Below are positions 38,416-51,199 of a stretch of DNA of 64,000 bases, one piece after another. The stretch lies in assembly GCA_964252035.1 (NCBI GenBank), contig OZ176207.1; one strand, written 5' to 3'. The notes under the pieces were generated by a model, which was not told the origin of the DNA, did no database searches, and saw nothing but the letters and a program-made list of their open reading frames with translations. Position 1 is the first letter of the stretch. Each line of letters begins with the position of its first letter. The stretch is from Podarcis erhardii (taxonomy: Eukaryota). The position numbers were made by a program, and so were the translations under genes.

Positions 38416-40226
38416 AAAACCTCACTTTTGAAAATTAAATAAACACCATTTCACTGTACTCGTTTATTAAAATATTATAAATATTATAAATGAAGACATA
38501 GCTAGGATAACTATGTATATTATTCTATATTCTTTATTATTTTTTTATTTCGAATTTAACCGCTAAGGATAAAAAAGAGTGACAAACTGAAAAGGAGGAG
38601 GAAAGACAAGTGTGTTTAGGGTTCCTGCCCTACCCCATTACTGGAAATTCTGGAATGAATTGAATTCTGAAATATTGAACTTTCTCAGCAATGTTGTTTG
38701 CTGGATATTCAAAAGATTCATTTTGGATGCAGAAAAAAGAATAGTAAGCCTCTGGTACTTCCTATTTTCTTTGTTTCGGTGTAATGTTTATAGTTGTAAA
38801 GTGAGGAAACTGATATGCTGACACTCAGTTCTTTCCTGCTGTTTTCCTGGGGAAACAGAGGCATCCAGAAAGGCTGACAGAGTTGTGGCATTAGTGAATG
38901 ACATTCATTGTTGTGTGATACCAAATACGCTGGTGTGCACGAAATTTAGCACAACTTGCAGGTATATCAGTCAAAAACCACATTTCCTTAGCACAGCAGG
39001 TACCACAGTGAAAAGAACAGGACAGAAATGCTGGCATTAAAATCAGGAAAAATAATGATTGCAATATTCCTCACAAATCTGAATGCTGCCTCTCTCCCTC
39101 TCCCATATCATAACACTGATCTACTTTTCTGGGTTATTGTAAGAGTTACACAGCACTATATGTGAAGCACCTTGAACACTCTATAGTGCTGTATAAACAC
39201 CAGAGCAAAGAAGTAAAATGGCCACATTCTCTGTAATTTATTGCCACTGCTTATCTGGAAAGGGCTGGGCTTCAGTCACGGCAAGGTTATGGCCATGCAG
39301 GTGCACCAGCCAGATTGGTTGCTGACAGAAGCATACAGACCGAGCCACACTGCTGCCTCATCCACAGCTCCAGCTTAAGACAAACATCACTACTGTGAAT
39401 GGAAAACATTCAATGGTAGCTTAGAAGCACACATGTGAAAATTGGATGCAAACTCAAAAGAGAGCTTTATTAAAAACTAGCATGTGAGGGCTTGTTAAAC
39501 AGTAGGTGGTTTTCAGTCATCTTCTTTGGAGAGCTTGATGTTGTGCTTCTTGTTCTACACGATTAAACTGCTAAAACTGAATTTGGCCATTAGCAGGAGG
39601 GACAAGACACTGAATTATCCACTAGATAATGCCAACAAATGTTCTTTTAACATTAGTCTTCATCTTTCCTAATGGAATATACACTGGTGGTGAACATGAC
39701 CCAGTTTTAAAGTACAGCAATAACTGGATGTATGTCCTGGCCAGATTGACTCTCCATAAGAAAACATTCCATGCCAATGAGTTAAAAGGGCATCTACCAT
39801 TGGTAGCTGTGACTCAAGAGTCATTTGTCACCTATATTTCAACAGTATGGAAGCATGACTGGAGATGGTATAAGTAGAAATACTAACCACACACTCCACA
39901 TCCACACATCCTTACATACAAAGTGTTCACTACAACTTTTACAACTTGTCATAATCTCTAACAATATAATGCAAATGCCAATGAAAGGAATGCCAATACT
40001 TTGGGATTGCATCCACACTGGACATCAGTAGTATATAAGAGAATACAGGACCTGGCCAGGGCGGGGGCAGGGGATAGTTTGGGGTTCATGATACAGTCAT
40101 GTTTGGTTTAGGGTATTTGTCAATCCAGGGACCATTTCCAGTATATACATATCTTGGAAGTGTGGGGATATGTGCATTTTATTTATTTATTTATTTAAAA
40201 GAATTATATAGGCCCCCCATCACTAC

Positions 40227-40229
<3 letters not shown>

Positions 40230-40277
<48 letters not shown>
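40230..40277. repeat. (GA)n microsatellite
   Basis: About 24 direct AG units. Confidence 0.95.
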
Positions 40278-40281
<4 letters not shown>

Positions 40282-40714
40282 ACAACATCTCTAGAAATCA
40301 TGCCAAGAGAAACTCCCTTTTGATGCCACTCTTCTACACAGGTTGTACATGAGAATTTTTCATTCTACAAACAACATGCAGTCACAGGACCTAAGAAATG
40401 CTTGTACAACTGATAGCTTCCACCAGTGCTCCACCACTTAATATGTTGTGCTTTTCTCATCAGATCAAAGTCCCAAGCTGTGTCTGTGACAGGAACACAA
40501 TATCCAAATGCTATGTAAGATTATTTGTATATATGAGAACCAAATCAAGTTATTCTAAAACGTTTATTGATTAATTAATTCTTTACTCTCATTAAATAAT
40601 CCAACCCATAAAAAGCACCACACACAATTCCTAAAATTCAGTTGAAAAACTTTAGCAATTACTAAGAAATTAACCAACTTATATAAAGAATATCCTATGA
40701 AATACTTTTTGGTA

Positions 40715-41050
40715 CAGTGGTGCCTCGCAAGACGAAATTATTCCGTTCCGTGAGTCTCTTCGTTTAGCGGTTTTTTCGTCTTGCGAAGCAAGCCCATTGA
40801 CAGCTTAGCGAATTAGCGCTATTAGCGGCTTTTAGCGGCTTATCAGCTTAGCGGATCAGCTGATAAGCGGCTTAGCTGCTTAGAAAAGGGGGGGGGAGGA
40901 AAAAAACCCCACAGGAACTTGCAAGACATTTTCGTCTTACGAAGCAAGCCCATAGGGAAATTTGTTTTGTGAAGCGCCTCCAAAACGGAAAACCCTTTCG
41001 TCTAGCGGGTTTTCCGTCTTGCGAGGCGTTCGTCTTGTGGGGCACCACTG
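40715..41050. mobile_element. Tc1/mariner MITE, family 1 (second copy)
   Basis: CAGTGGTGCCTCGCAAGACG...GGCACCACTG with TA TSDs; highly similar to 6781..7112. Confidence 0.85.
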
Positions 41051-41451
41051 TATTTCTTCTTGTAAATTTCTTAAAGGACAGAATGTAAAAATAACTACAT
41101 ATTCAATTGCATTTGTACTGCAAAGATAAGAAAAGAAAAACAATTAGCATTCTCTCCACTCAGCCATGCTGTACCACTCTGTGATCTTAGCACGACACTG
41201 AGTTACCATGCACCTAGACAATTCTGACAGAGCCTCCACCATACTGCTATGCTGCCCCTCAATAGCTGCTGGAAAGTCCAATAAGCTTGCTCTACAGCAG
41301 TAACAGCTCAGTACAACTCCCTACCTACTTCCCTGATGACGTGGTCTGAATTCTCTGGGATGCAAGTTTGATAACATCCACTATTTACAATTAAACTCTC
41401 AAACAAGTGGTAACACAAAATTCCCTATAAGGAACATGAAATATAACTCAC

Positions 41452-43881
41452 CGTGCTGTCATTTTCCTTTTCAGAAATTAAATTGCCTCCACTGACCATC
41501 AAAGAAATGTCAGAGTTGCCATTGCAAAGGATGTTCTCTGCTATTTGGACTGTGGGCTGCAGGAATGTCAGCTCATTCCTCCTAGATTCAGAGGACAGAC
41601 AGACCTGGTAGGAATAAGGCAAAGTTCCGTCCTCATAATTGGGTGGGAATATGGCACCAGCCTTTGAATGGGGGTCAGGAATAAAGCACTGAAGGAAAGT
41701 GGGGTTCCTTGACCTTCGAAGCTTCGTCAGAATGGTCAGTATCACCGTAACCAGGAACAGAAAGGACACCAAGGTCAAGGCCAATACCAAATAAAACTGT
41801 AGATCAGACTGATACTCTGAGTCATTTGGTTGGGAGTTCATTTCCGGAAGAGCCTCCTGGAAGTTCTCAGCAAACACCAGGCTCAAAGTTGTGGTGGCTG
41901 AGAGAGGAGGATGCCCATTGTCCTTCACCAGGATGACCAGCCTCTGCTTCACTGCATCTCTCTCAAGTAATGCTCGGACTGTTTGCACCTCTCCTGTGTG
42001 GGAGCCAATGCTGAAGAGTGAGGGCTCTGTGGCCTGCAGGAGATGGAAGGAGAGCCAGGCATTGTGTCCCGAATCAGAGTCCACAGCCACCACCTTCGTC
42101 ACCAGATAACCCGACTCAGCTGACCGAGGCACCATCTCAAAGAAAGGTGAGCCCTCTGTTGATTGTGAGGGGTACAGGATCTGCGGAGCGTTATCATTTC
42201 GATCCAAAACACATACTGTCACTGTGGCACTGCTATTGAGTGGTGGAGAACCTCCATCTTGGGCCTTCACTTGAATCTGAAACTCCCTGAATTGCTCATA
42301 GTCAAAGGAGCGTTGGGCATAGATGATCCCAGTCTCAGAGTTAATGGAGACATAGGAGGAGAGAGGCAGATCCTTGATGTTGCTGTTAAGGATGGAGTAA
42401 GTGATTCTGGCATTGCGATCCAGATCTGGGTCAGAGGCCTTGATGTGGAAAATTGAAGCTCCAGATGGGTTGTTCTCTGGAACGTAGGCAGTGTAGGAAG
42501 ATGTTTCAAAGGCTGGCGGGTTATCATTGATATCTGAGATCTGTATGGATATGGTTTTGTATGTGGAGAATGGAGGGGTGCCTTTGTCTGTGGCTGTGAT
42601 TGTAATATTATACTCGGGAGTCCTTTCTCTGTCAAGGGCACCATCTATGAGGAGCTTGAAATAATTATCCGAAGATGAGACTATCAAGAAAGGTACAAGT
42701 TCCTTCAGGTGACAGGTGACTTCTCCGTTATCCCCAGAATCCCTGTCCTGAACTTTAATGAGAGCAATCACAGCTCCAGATGTGACATCTTCCGGAACTG
42801 GGCTGGACACGGATGTAAGGATCACATCTGGAGCATTGTCATTCTCATCAAGAACCTCAATCTCCACATTGCAATGTGCCGCCAAGCCTTCTCCATCACT
42901 TGCCTTAATTATCATCAGATATTTTTGTCTGTCCTCAAAATCAACACTTTCTATGAGTGTAATTGTTCCATCTCTGGGATCCAGGTGAAACTTCTGCTTG
43001 GCTGTTTTTGGGATGTCACTGAAAGTGTAAGTGATCTCAGCATTGGACCCTTCATCACTGTCAGATGCTTTGACTTGAAGCACAGGGGTTCCTTTGGGTG
43101 CACTCTCCTTCAGGCTCACCTTATAGATTGTCTGGGTGAAAACAGGGGCATTGTCATTAGCATCAATAACTGTTACCAATATTTTGACTGTTCCGGTTTT
43201 TGGAGGTTCTCCACCATCCATGGCTGTAAGGACCATGTGGTGCATCTGTTCCTTTTCCCTGTCTAGTTGTTTCTGCAATATTAATTCTGCATATTTGCCA
43301 CCATCATTGCCAGCTTGAATTTCTAGTTTGAAATATGGAGTTGAGCTCAACTGATAATTCTGGAGGGAGTTTATTCCGATATCATCATCTTCAGCATTTC
43401 CAAGAGCAAATCGTGTTCCCAACAGAGTAGACTCACTCACTTTAAGCTCAATATTTTCATTCTGGAAATGTGGGGCATTGTCATTAATGTCCTGGATAAA
43501 AATATTTACGTGGAAAATATTCAAAGGATTGTGTGCCACAACTTCCAATTTGAGGACACAAGTAGATGATTCCCCACAAATCTCTTCCCGGTCTATCCTC
43601 TCATTCACATACAGGTTGCCATTTTGTTCATTCAAATCAAAGAATTGCTTTTCTGAAGAAATACCAAGCTTGCGCTTTGACAGCTCTCTGACATCCAACC
43701 CCAGATCTTTAGCAAGGTTCCCCACAAAGGAGCCCTGCTCTGCTTCCTCTGGAACTGAATACTGAACCTTCTCAGACCCCACCTGGCAGAAGAACACAGA
43801 CCAGAATATGAACAGAAACAGTACTTGCCTCCTGATGATCTTCCTTGTTCTCTCTGCCTGCCTTATTTCCACCACATCCAT
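41452..43881 (-). CDS. PCDHGB: Protocadherin gamma-B-like variable exon (B7), 810 codons
   Basis: ORF 41425..43881; donor ACG|GTGAGT after 41452. Confidence 0.95.
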
Positions 43882-44112
43882 TGTTGTTTCTGATTTCCTC
43901 CTTCTTTCACTTCACTTTTCAAGACTCCCAGTACATTTAAGTGAGATAGTACCAATACTGTTCTTTTGAGCTGATTCTTGGGAAACTGAGAGCTTTCCTT
44001 TCTTGAGCAGCTTTTAAAATAAAAGCTTTTCCTTTCTGCTCAGCTGAAGTCTTAAGAGAGTATGATTGCTCCAAGAGTCTCAGAAATGCTGAGCCATGGC
44101 TGCTCCCACGTT

Positions 44113-44151
44113 GTCCAACAGTGACACTCTGAGTCCACACGGGGAACTGCT
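44113..44151 (-). promoter_or_regulatory. CSE/CTCF-type site of B7, CACT variant
   Basis: AGCAG-TTCCCCGTGTGG-ACTCAGAGTGTCACTGTTGGAC, about 232 bp upstream of the ATG. Confidence 0.75.
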
Positions 44152-45646
44152 TTTACTATTTCTAGAATTCTACATGGAATTTTGTCTCTTAAGTAAGTAA
44201 TTGTTTGTAATACAAGTTCACCTTTAAATGCAATCTGAAACAAATTTCTTCTCCATCACTTGTGCTTCCCAGTCCGTCACCATTCAGCATCATTGCTTTA
44301 TTTTATTCCTTTAAAAAGAAGTGGGAAAAAGACCAAGAAAACCCATAGGAATAGTAGAGATGGGATGCCTGTTGGTGAGGAGGGCTCATCAGATACAGAT
44401 AGTTTGTTTCCAGAGGCTTCTAAAGAAATTGTGGTCTTCCAGAGTGTAATTCCTCGTCAGGGTACACATGGTTTGTCAATGTCTCTTTTACTGGATCAGG
44501 AGGCAGAGGGAAATACACTTGGCATGCTCTCTGGCAGGAAATTCCAGTTCTGTGCATACTCAGGAACATCATCTCTGGTTCAAGGTTAGATAGGACTCTC
44601 CTACCTCTGCCCACTGACAGTTACCACCAGCACCCCACACTTTTTCAAGGGTGATTTTATTTTTACTTGATAAAGGGAAGAAATGGCAGGGAGGTTTAGC
44701 TAATGGTACTGGTGAAACCCATTTTATGCTTAAAATTCATTCAAAGAAAACTGGGTCCTCGCTGAATTAAAGTGATTAAAAAAGATGGGAGAGCTTATAT
44801 TTAAAATCTTCTCATAGGACCTGGACTAAAGCTAGCTGCACTCTTTATAAAAGAGACAACATGTTATACATTATTATGTTATTTGCTATCTGTCTTTCAT
44901 CCAGTTTAAACATAGCATTAATATCTCTATACTTTTGCATAATTCCATTTAAAAAGTTTCTGTAAAGGAATAAAATACTGAAAGACCAAACTAACCAATG
45001 TACATTTCATTAATGTGATCAAAATATTTTACCACATGTATTTACAATAATGTAATGCAACTATTTCAAGCACCATTTTTTCCCAAGTATTCCCAATATT
45101 AAATCATTTCCAGTTTCTCTTTAACCGTCATACAATTTTGTGTGAATCAAAGCATTCCCACCCCACCCGCTCCAATGCAGTTTTGATTCTGCAATGAACG
45201 TACTTCCAGGACATTTTCACAAATGGTCACCCCTACAATATCTTCAAAGTTCAGCCCTTACCAGCTACAGCTGTGTCAATAACTTGGCACAAACCATATA
45301 ATGTTGCTTGGGAACATCTCTCTAACCAAGGACAGTTTTCTTGTGAGTTTCTTAATAGGGTCAGAAGCACATCCCACAAATAAGTGTTTTCTGGCTTGGG
45401 ATGTTTGGACATTGTCAAGCACTCTTCTTCTGACACCACAGACACATATATTTTCTGGGATTCAAAATTCTACCCACACCTTATTTTGAAAATCACATTG
45501 GGGTAGAAACACCCCCCCAAAAAAGTTAGTGTGTTGCTGTTTTTTTCTGACATAGGGTGAAGGTTCCAAGTTATAAGGAGTATAATGCAATCAATCTTAC
45601 ATTCGATTGCTTGCATTTTTAATTTGCTTTAACTTGTATTAATCTA

Positions 45647-45886
45647 CAGTGGTACCTTGGGTTACATACGCTTCAGGTTACATACGTTTCAGGTTACAGA
45701 CTGCTAACCCAGAAATAGTACCTCGGGTTAAGAACTTTGCTTCAGGATGAGAATAAAAATTGTGCTCTGGCGGCATGGCAGCAGCGGGAAGCACCATTAG
45801 CTAAAGTAGTGCTTCAGGTTAAGAACAGTTTCAGGTTAAGAACGGACCTCCAGAATTAATTAAGTACTTAACCCGAGGTACCACTG
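45647..45886. mobile_element. Tc1/mariner MITE, family 2 (inverted copy)
   Basis: TIRs, TA TSD; empty site AATCTATTCTG near 21220. Confidence 0.85.
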
Positions 45887-46024
45887 TATTCTGTTGTGAT
45901 TTTAACTTTCTGTGTGCTTTAAATTATGGTTGTCATTTTTAAAATATTATTTTTATCCATTTTTAATAATATAAAAGTTTAACAATGTAGAACATTTATA
46001 TACTCTCAATCTAAAAAATACAAA

Positions 46025-46184
46025 ACAAAAAATTCCTTCCAGTAGCACCTTAAAGACCAACTAAGTTAGTTCTAGGTATGAGCTTACGTGAACTAACTTA
46101 GAACTAACTTAGTTGGTCTTTAAGGTGCTACTGGAAGGAATTTTTTGTTTTGACTATGGCAGACCAACACGGCTACCTATCTGT
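46025..46184. mobile_element. Penelope-like retroelement terminal-repeat fragment with inversion (perfect hairpin)
   Basis: 54-bp perfect inverted repeat 46021-46074/46099-46152; 16-bp TSD ATCTAAAAAATACAAA (46009, 46185); empty site near 21345. Family assignment is from recalled similarity to reptile Penelope terminal repeats. Confidence 0.65.
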
Positions 46185-46269
46185 ATCTAAAAAATACAAA
46201 TATACAGATTTCCATTGTTAAAACTGGACAAATCTCCATCAGTTATAAATTATAACTGTCCCAAAAATA

Positions 46270-46568
46270 CAGTGGTGCCCCACAAGACGAATGCCTTGCA
46301 AGACGAAAAACTCGCTAGACGAAAGGGTTTTCCATTTTTCGAGGTGCTTCACAAGACGAATTTCCCTATGGGCTTGCTTTGCAAGACGAAAACGTCTTGC
46401 GAGTCTTGCGAGTTTTTTCCCCTTTTTCCCCCTTTTTCTAAGCCGCTAATAGCCGCTAATAGCCGCTAATACCGCTAATCCGCTAAAGGCCGTGCTTCGC
46501 AAGATGAAAAAACCGCTAGACGAAGAGACTCGCGGAACGAATTATTTTCGTCTTGTGAGGCACCACTG
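46270..46568. mobile_element. Tc1/mariner MITE, family 1 (third copy, inverted)
   Basis: TIRs, TA TSD; empty site CCCAAAAATAATTAAG at about 1803. Confidence 0.88.
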
Positions 46569-47087
46569 TAATTAAGAAAGGGAGACTTTTGCAGATCCCA
46601 TACCCATCTCGGCTTTTACATGGCTTTAGGGCAAGATGTAAATTCCTCAGCTCTCAAGTCACTTAACCCCCATCGGAGTTCCTAGGAGCTGACTGCTTCT
46701 TGGTCTCTTGACAACAGAAAACAGCCTTTTCAAAGCACCAGGGATTAATCTCTCATTCACTCTTTTCCCAAAAATGAATATGGGAGCCAAGAGACTTATG
46801 TCTGGCTATCATCAATCACCATGTAATTATCCCTGCTGGCAGACTGTCAACAAAATATGTTCAATCCTCTATTTCCTTCCCCATAACACATAAAAAACTC
46901 TCCACAAACTTCCTAATATTTAGTTTGATAATAAGGAGAATTTTGCCAATAACTAAAAAATTTGCAAACTTCTTAAAGCATATACTATGTAGGATGTTTT
47001 TGTGTTTGTTCTTGCATATACTGTATCTTCTTAAAGAGAGAACATTAAAATAGCTACATATTCAAATTTAGTCATGCTGCAAAGAAA

Positions 47088-47128
<41 letters not shown>

Positions 47129-47452
47129 AAACAATTTAGCACTGTCTCCACTCAAACATACTATACTATGGTCCCAGATCATCACCCTAAGTCAGCATGA
47201 AGATAGGCATCTGGATAATTCAGACTGAGGCTTCCATAATTTGCAGTTTTCTCCCTCAACAACAGCTGAAAAATCCATCCCATTAGGTTGCTCTGCAGCA
47301 GTAGCAGCTCAGTATTACTCTCTACCTACCTTCCTGATAACATGGCATGAATTGTCTGGAGTGCCAGTTTGATAACATCCACTGTTTACAAATAAACTCT
47401 CAAACAAGTGATAACACCAAATTCCCTATAAGGAACATAAAATATAACTCAC

Positions 47453-49882
47453 CATGCTGTCATCTTCCTTTTCAGAAATTAAATTACCTCCACTGACCAT
47501 CAAAGAAATGTCAGAGTTGCCATTGCAAAGTATGTTCTCTGCTATTTGGACAGTGGGCTGCAGGAATGTCAGCTCATTCCTCCTGGATTCAGAGGACAAA
47601 CAGACCTGGTAGGAATAAGGCAAAGTTCCGTCCTCATAATTGGGTGGGAATATGGCACCAGCCTTTGAATGGGGGTCAGGAATAAAGCACTGAAGGAAAG
47701 TGGGGTTCCTTGACCTTCGAAGCTTCATCAGAATGGTCAGTATCACCGTAACCAGGAACAGAAAGGACACCAAGGTCAAGGCCAATACCAAATAAAACTG
47801 TAGATCAGACTGATACTCTGAGTCATTTGGTTGGGAGTTCATTTCCGGAAGAGCCTCCTGGAAGTTCTCAGCAAACACCAGGCTCAAAGTTGTGGTGGCT
47901 GAGAGAGGAGGATGCCCATTGTCCTTCACCAGGATGACCAGCCTCTGCTTCACTGCATCTCTCTCAAGTAATGCTCGGACTGTTTGCACCTCTCCTGTGT
48001 GGGAGCCAATGCTGAAGAGTGAGGGCTCTGTGGCCTGCAGGAGATGGAAGGAGAGCCAGGCATTGTGTCCTGAATCAGAGTCCACGGCCACCACCTTCGT
48101 CACCAGATAACCCGACTCAGCTGACCGAGGCACCATCTCAAAGAAAGGTGAGCCCTCTGTTGATTGTGAGGGGTACAGGATCTGCGGAACGTTATCATTT
48201 TGATCCAAAACACATACCGTCACTGTGGCACTGCTATTGAGTGGTGGAGAACCTCCATCTTGGGCCTTCACTTGAATCTGAAACTCCCTGAATTGCTCAT
48301 AGTCAAAGGAGCGTTGGGCATAGATGATCCCAGTCTCAGAGTTAATGGAGACATAGGAGGAGAGAGGCAGATCCTTGATGTTGCTGTTAAGGATGGAGTA
48401 AATGATTCTGGCATTGCGATCCAGATCTGGGTCAGAGGCCTTGACGTGGAAAATTGAAGCTCCAGATGGGTTGTTCTCTGGAACGTAGGCAGTGTAGGAA
48501 GATTTTTCAAAGGCTGGTGGGTTATCATTGATATCTGAGATCTGTATGGATATGGATTTGTGTGTGGAGAGTGGAGGGGTGCCTTTGTCTGTTGCTGTGA
48601 TTGTAATATTATACTCGGGAGTCCTTTCTCTGTCAAGGGCACCATCTATGAGGAGCTTGAAATAATTATCCGAAGATGAGACTATCAGGAAAGGTACAAG
48701 TTCCTTCAGGTGACAGGTGACTTCTCCGTTATCCCCAGAATCCCTGTCCTGAACTTTAATGAGAGCAATCACAGCTCCAGATGTGACATCTTCCGGAATT
48801 AGGCTGGACACGGATGTAAGGATCACATCTGGAGCATTGTCATTCTCATCAAGAACCTCAATCTCCACATTGCAATGTGCTGCCAATCCTCCTCCATCAC
48901 TTGCCTGAATTATCATCACATATTTTTGTCTATCCTCAAAATCAACACTTTCTATAAGTGTAATTGTTCCGTCTCTGGGATCCAGATGAAACTTCTGCTC
49001 AGCTGTTTTTGGGATGTCACTGAAAGTGTAAGTGATCTCAGCATTGGACCCTTCGTCACTGTCAGATGCTTTGACTTGAAGCACAGAGGTTCCTTTGGGT
49101 GCACTCTCCTTCAGGCTCACTTTATAGATTGTCTGGGTGAAAACAGGGGCATTGTCATTAATATCAACAACTGTTACCAATATTTTGGCTGTTCCGGTTT
49201 TTGGAGGTTCTCCACCATCCATGGCTGTAAGGACCATGTGGTGCATGTGTTCTTTTTCCCTGTCCAGTTGTTTCTGCAATATTAATTCTGCATATTTTCC
49301 GCCATCATTGCTGTTTTGAATTTCTAGTTTGAAATATGGAGTTGAGCTCAACTGATAATTCTGGAGGGAGTTTATTCCGATATCATCATCTTCAGCATTT
49401 CCAAGAGCAAATCGAGTTCCCGGCAGAGTAGATTCACTAAATTTAAGCTCAATATTTTCATTCCGGAAATGTGGAGCATTGTCATTAGTATCCTGAATAA
49501 AAATATTTACGTGGAAAATATTCAAAGGATTGTGTGCTACAACTTCTAGTTTTACGACACAAGTAGATGATTCCCCACAAATCTCTTCCCGGTCTATCCT
49601 CTCATTCACATACAGGTTGCCATTTTGTTCATTCAGATCAAAGAATTGCTTTTCTGAAGAAATACCAAGCTTGCGCTTTGACAGCTCTCTGACATCCAAC
49701 CCCAGATCCTTAGCAAGGTTCCCCACAAAGGAGCCCTGCTCTGCTTCCTCTGGAACTGAATACTGAACCTTCTCAGACCCCACCTGGCAGCAGAACACAG
49801 ACCAGAATATGAACAGAAACAGTACTTGCCTCCTGATGATCTTCCTTGTTCTCTCTGCCTGCTTTACTTCCATCACATCCAT
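47453..49882 (-). CDS. PCDHGB: Protocadherin gamma-B-like variable exon (B8), 810 codons
   Basis: ORF 47426..49882; donor ATG|GTGAGT after 47453. Confidence 0.95.
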
Positions 49883-50109
49883 TGCATTTCCTGATTTCTT
49901 CTTGCTTTCAGTACAGTTTTCAAGACTCCCAGTACACTTATTTGAGATAATAGAAATATTCTTCTTTTGAGCTGATCCTTGGGAAACTGAGAGCTTTCCT
50001 TTCTTGAGCAGCTTTTAAAATAAAAGCTTTTCCTTTCTGCTCAGCTGAAGTGTTGAGAGAGAGTGTTCTAAGAGTCTCGGAAATGCTGAGCCATGGCTGC
50101 TCCCACGTT

Positions 50110-50148
50110 GTCCAACAGTGACACTCTGAGTTCACATGGGGAACTGTA
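50110..50148 (-). promoter_or_regulatory. CSE/CTCF-type site of B8, CACT variant
   Basis: TACAG-TTCCCCATGTGA-ACTCAGAGTGTCACTGTTGGAC, about 228 bp upstream of the ATG. Confidence 0.75.
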
Positions 50149-50452
50149 TTTGCTTATTTTCATGTTTATAATTCTATATTGCTATTTCCCCCTGATATCT
50201 ATGGAGAATTGTGAATGACTAAAAATTATTTCACTGGTTGTCCAAATGTACTTTAGTATCACTTGATCAGAAGTCACATAAGCTTAATTCAGATTTGTTC
50301 TTCATTGCATACAAAGTGTTATTTTAATTTGTTTTATTGCTTTTCCTGGTAGATGATAATGACACTTTAGGGTGTTTTTGATGGAGCATAAACACAAGCA
50401 GTTGCCAGCAGAGGAAAACCATGCAATAATTCAGAAAGCCTACATCCCTGCC

Positions 50453-50665
50453 TAGGGCTGCCATATGTTCGGATTTCCCTGGACGTTACTAGGATTTCAA
50501 AGGCAGAATTGACATCTTGGGGGAATTTCCAAGAGTTGGCGCTTTGTCCTCGTTCTTATTCAAGTCAATCGCAAAATCATGGTTTTAGGGGTGTTTTTGT
50601 CTAGAAAAAGCTCAGCAAGTTTCAGGTTTTCCTAAAAACAATTGTGGGCTGCCCTGGCAACCCTA
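50453..50665. mobile_element. hAT-type MITE
   Basis: TIR TAGGG(C/T)TGCCA, perfect 8-bp TSD TCCCTGCC (50445, 50666). Confidence 0.85.
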
Positions 50666-50824
50666 TCCCTGCCAGAATTCTGGTGATTTGGCCTTTATTT
50701 AATTATGAACTTGTTTAGCAAATTTAAATTTTGTATTTTGTTCTGTCTTTAAGATTTTGGTGCATTGTGTGCTTTATTTCTGTTCTATTGGCCATAATAA
50801 AATGCTGAAAAAGAAATTTAAATT

Positions 50825-51199
50825 TAAAGTGGAGGAAGATTGGAAGAAGTTTAAAGTATATCTTAAGAACTGTTGTAAAATAGAGGAGTGATAAAATGTC
50901 AAGGGGAAGGAAGATGCAGAATTGCAGTTAAAACAGTTTGATGATTTAAGGTGAAATTGAGAATGACAATGAGTTTAAATTTAAAATTTAATTGGCAAAA
51001 AGGGTTGCTGAAAAACTGTAAAATAAGGATGCAAAAAGGGTGAGGTATGGGGAAGTCCGAGAAACGAGGCGTATGAAAATGAGGTTAAGAAATGATATTT
51101 TTTTCTTTTTTGGGTGTGTTTGTATTTGTTGATGTTTGTGTGTTGTTGTTGTTTAGTGTTAAAAATTGGAAAATTAATAAAAAATTATATATATATAAA
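50825..51199 (+). mobile_element. L1-type LINE, 5'-truncated 3' end
   Basis: ORF2-like terminus KVEEDWKKFKVYLK, GT-rich 3' UTR, AATAAA and A-rich tail, 17-bp TSD AAAAAGAAATTTAAATT (50808, 51200). Confidence 0.75.

Noticed and set aside
46075-46098. Functional hammerhead ribozyme
   Set aside because: The CTGANGA core and stem II are absent, and GAAA reads GTAA.
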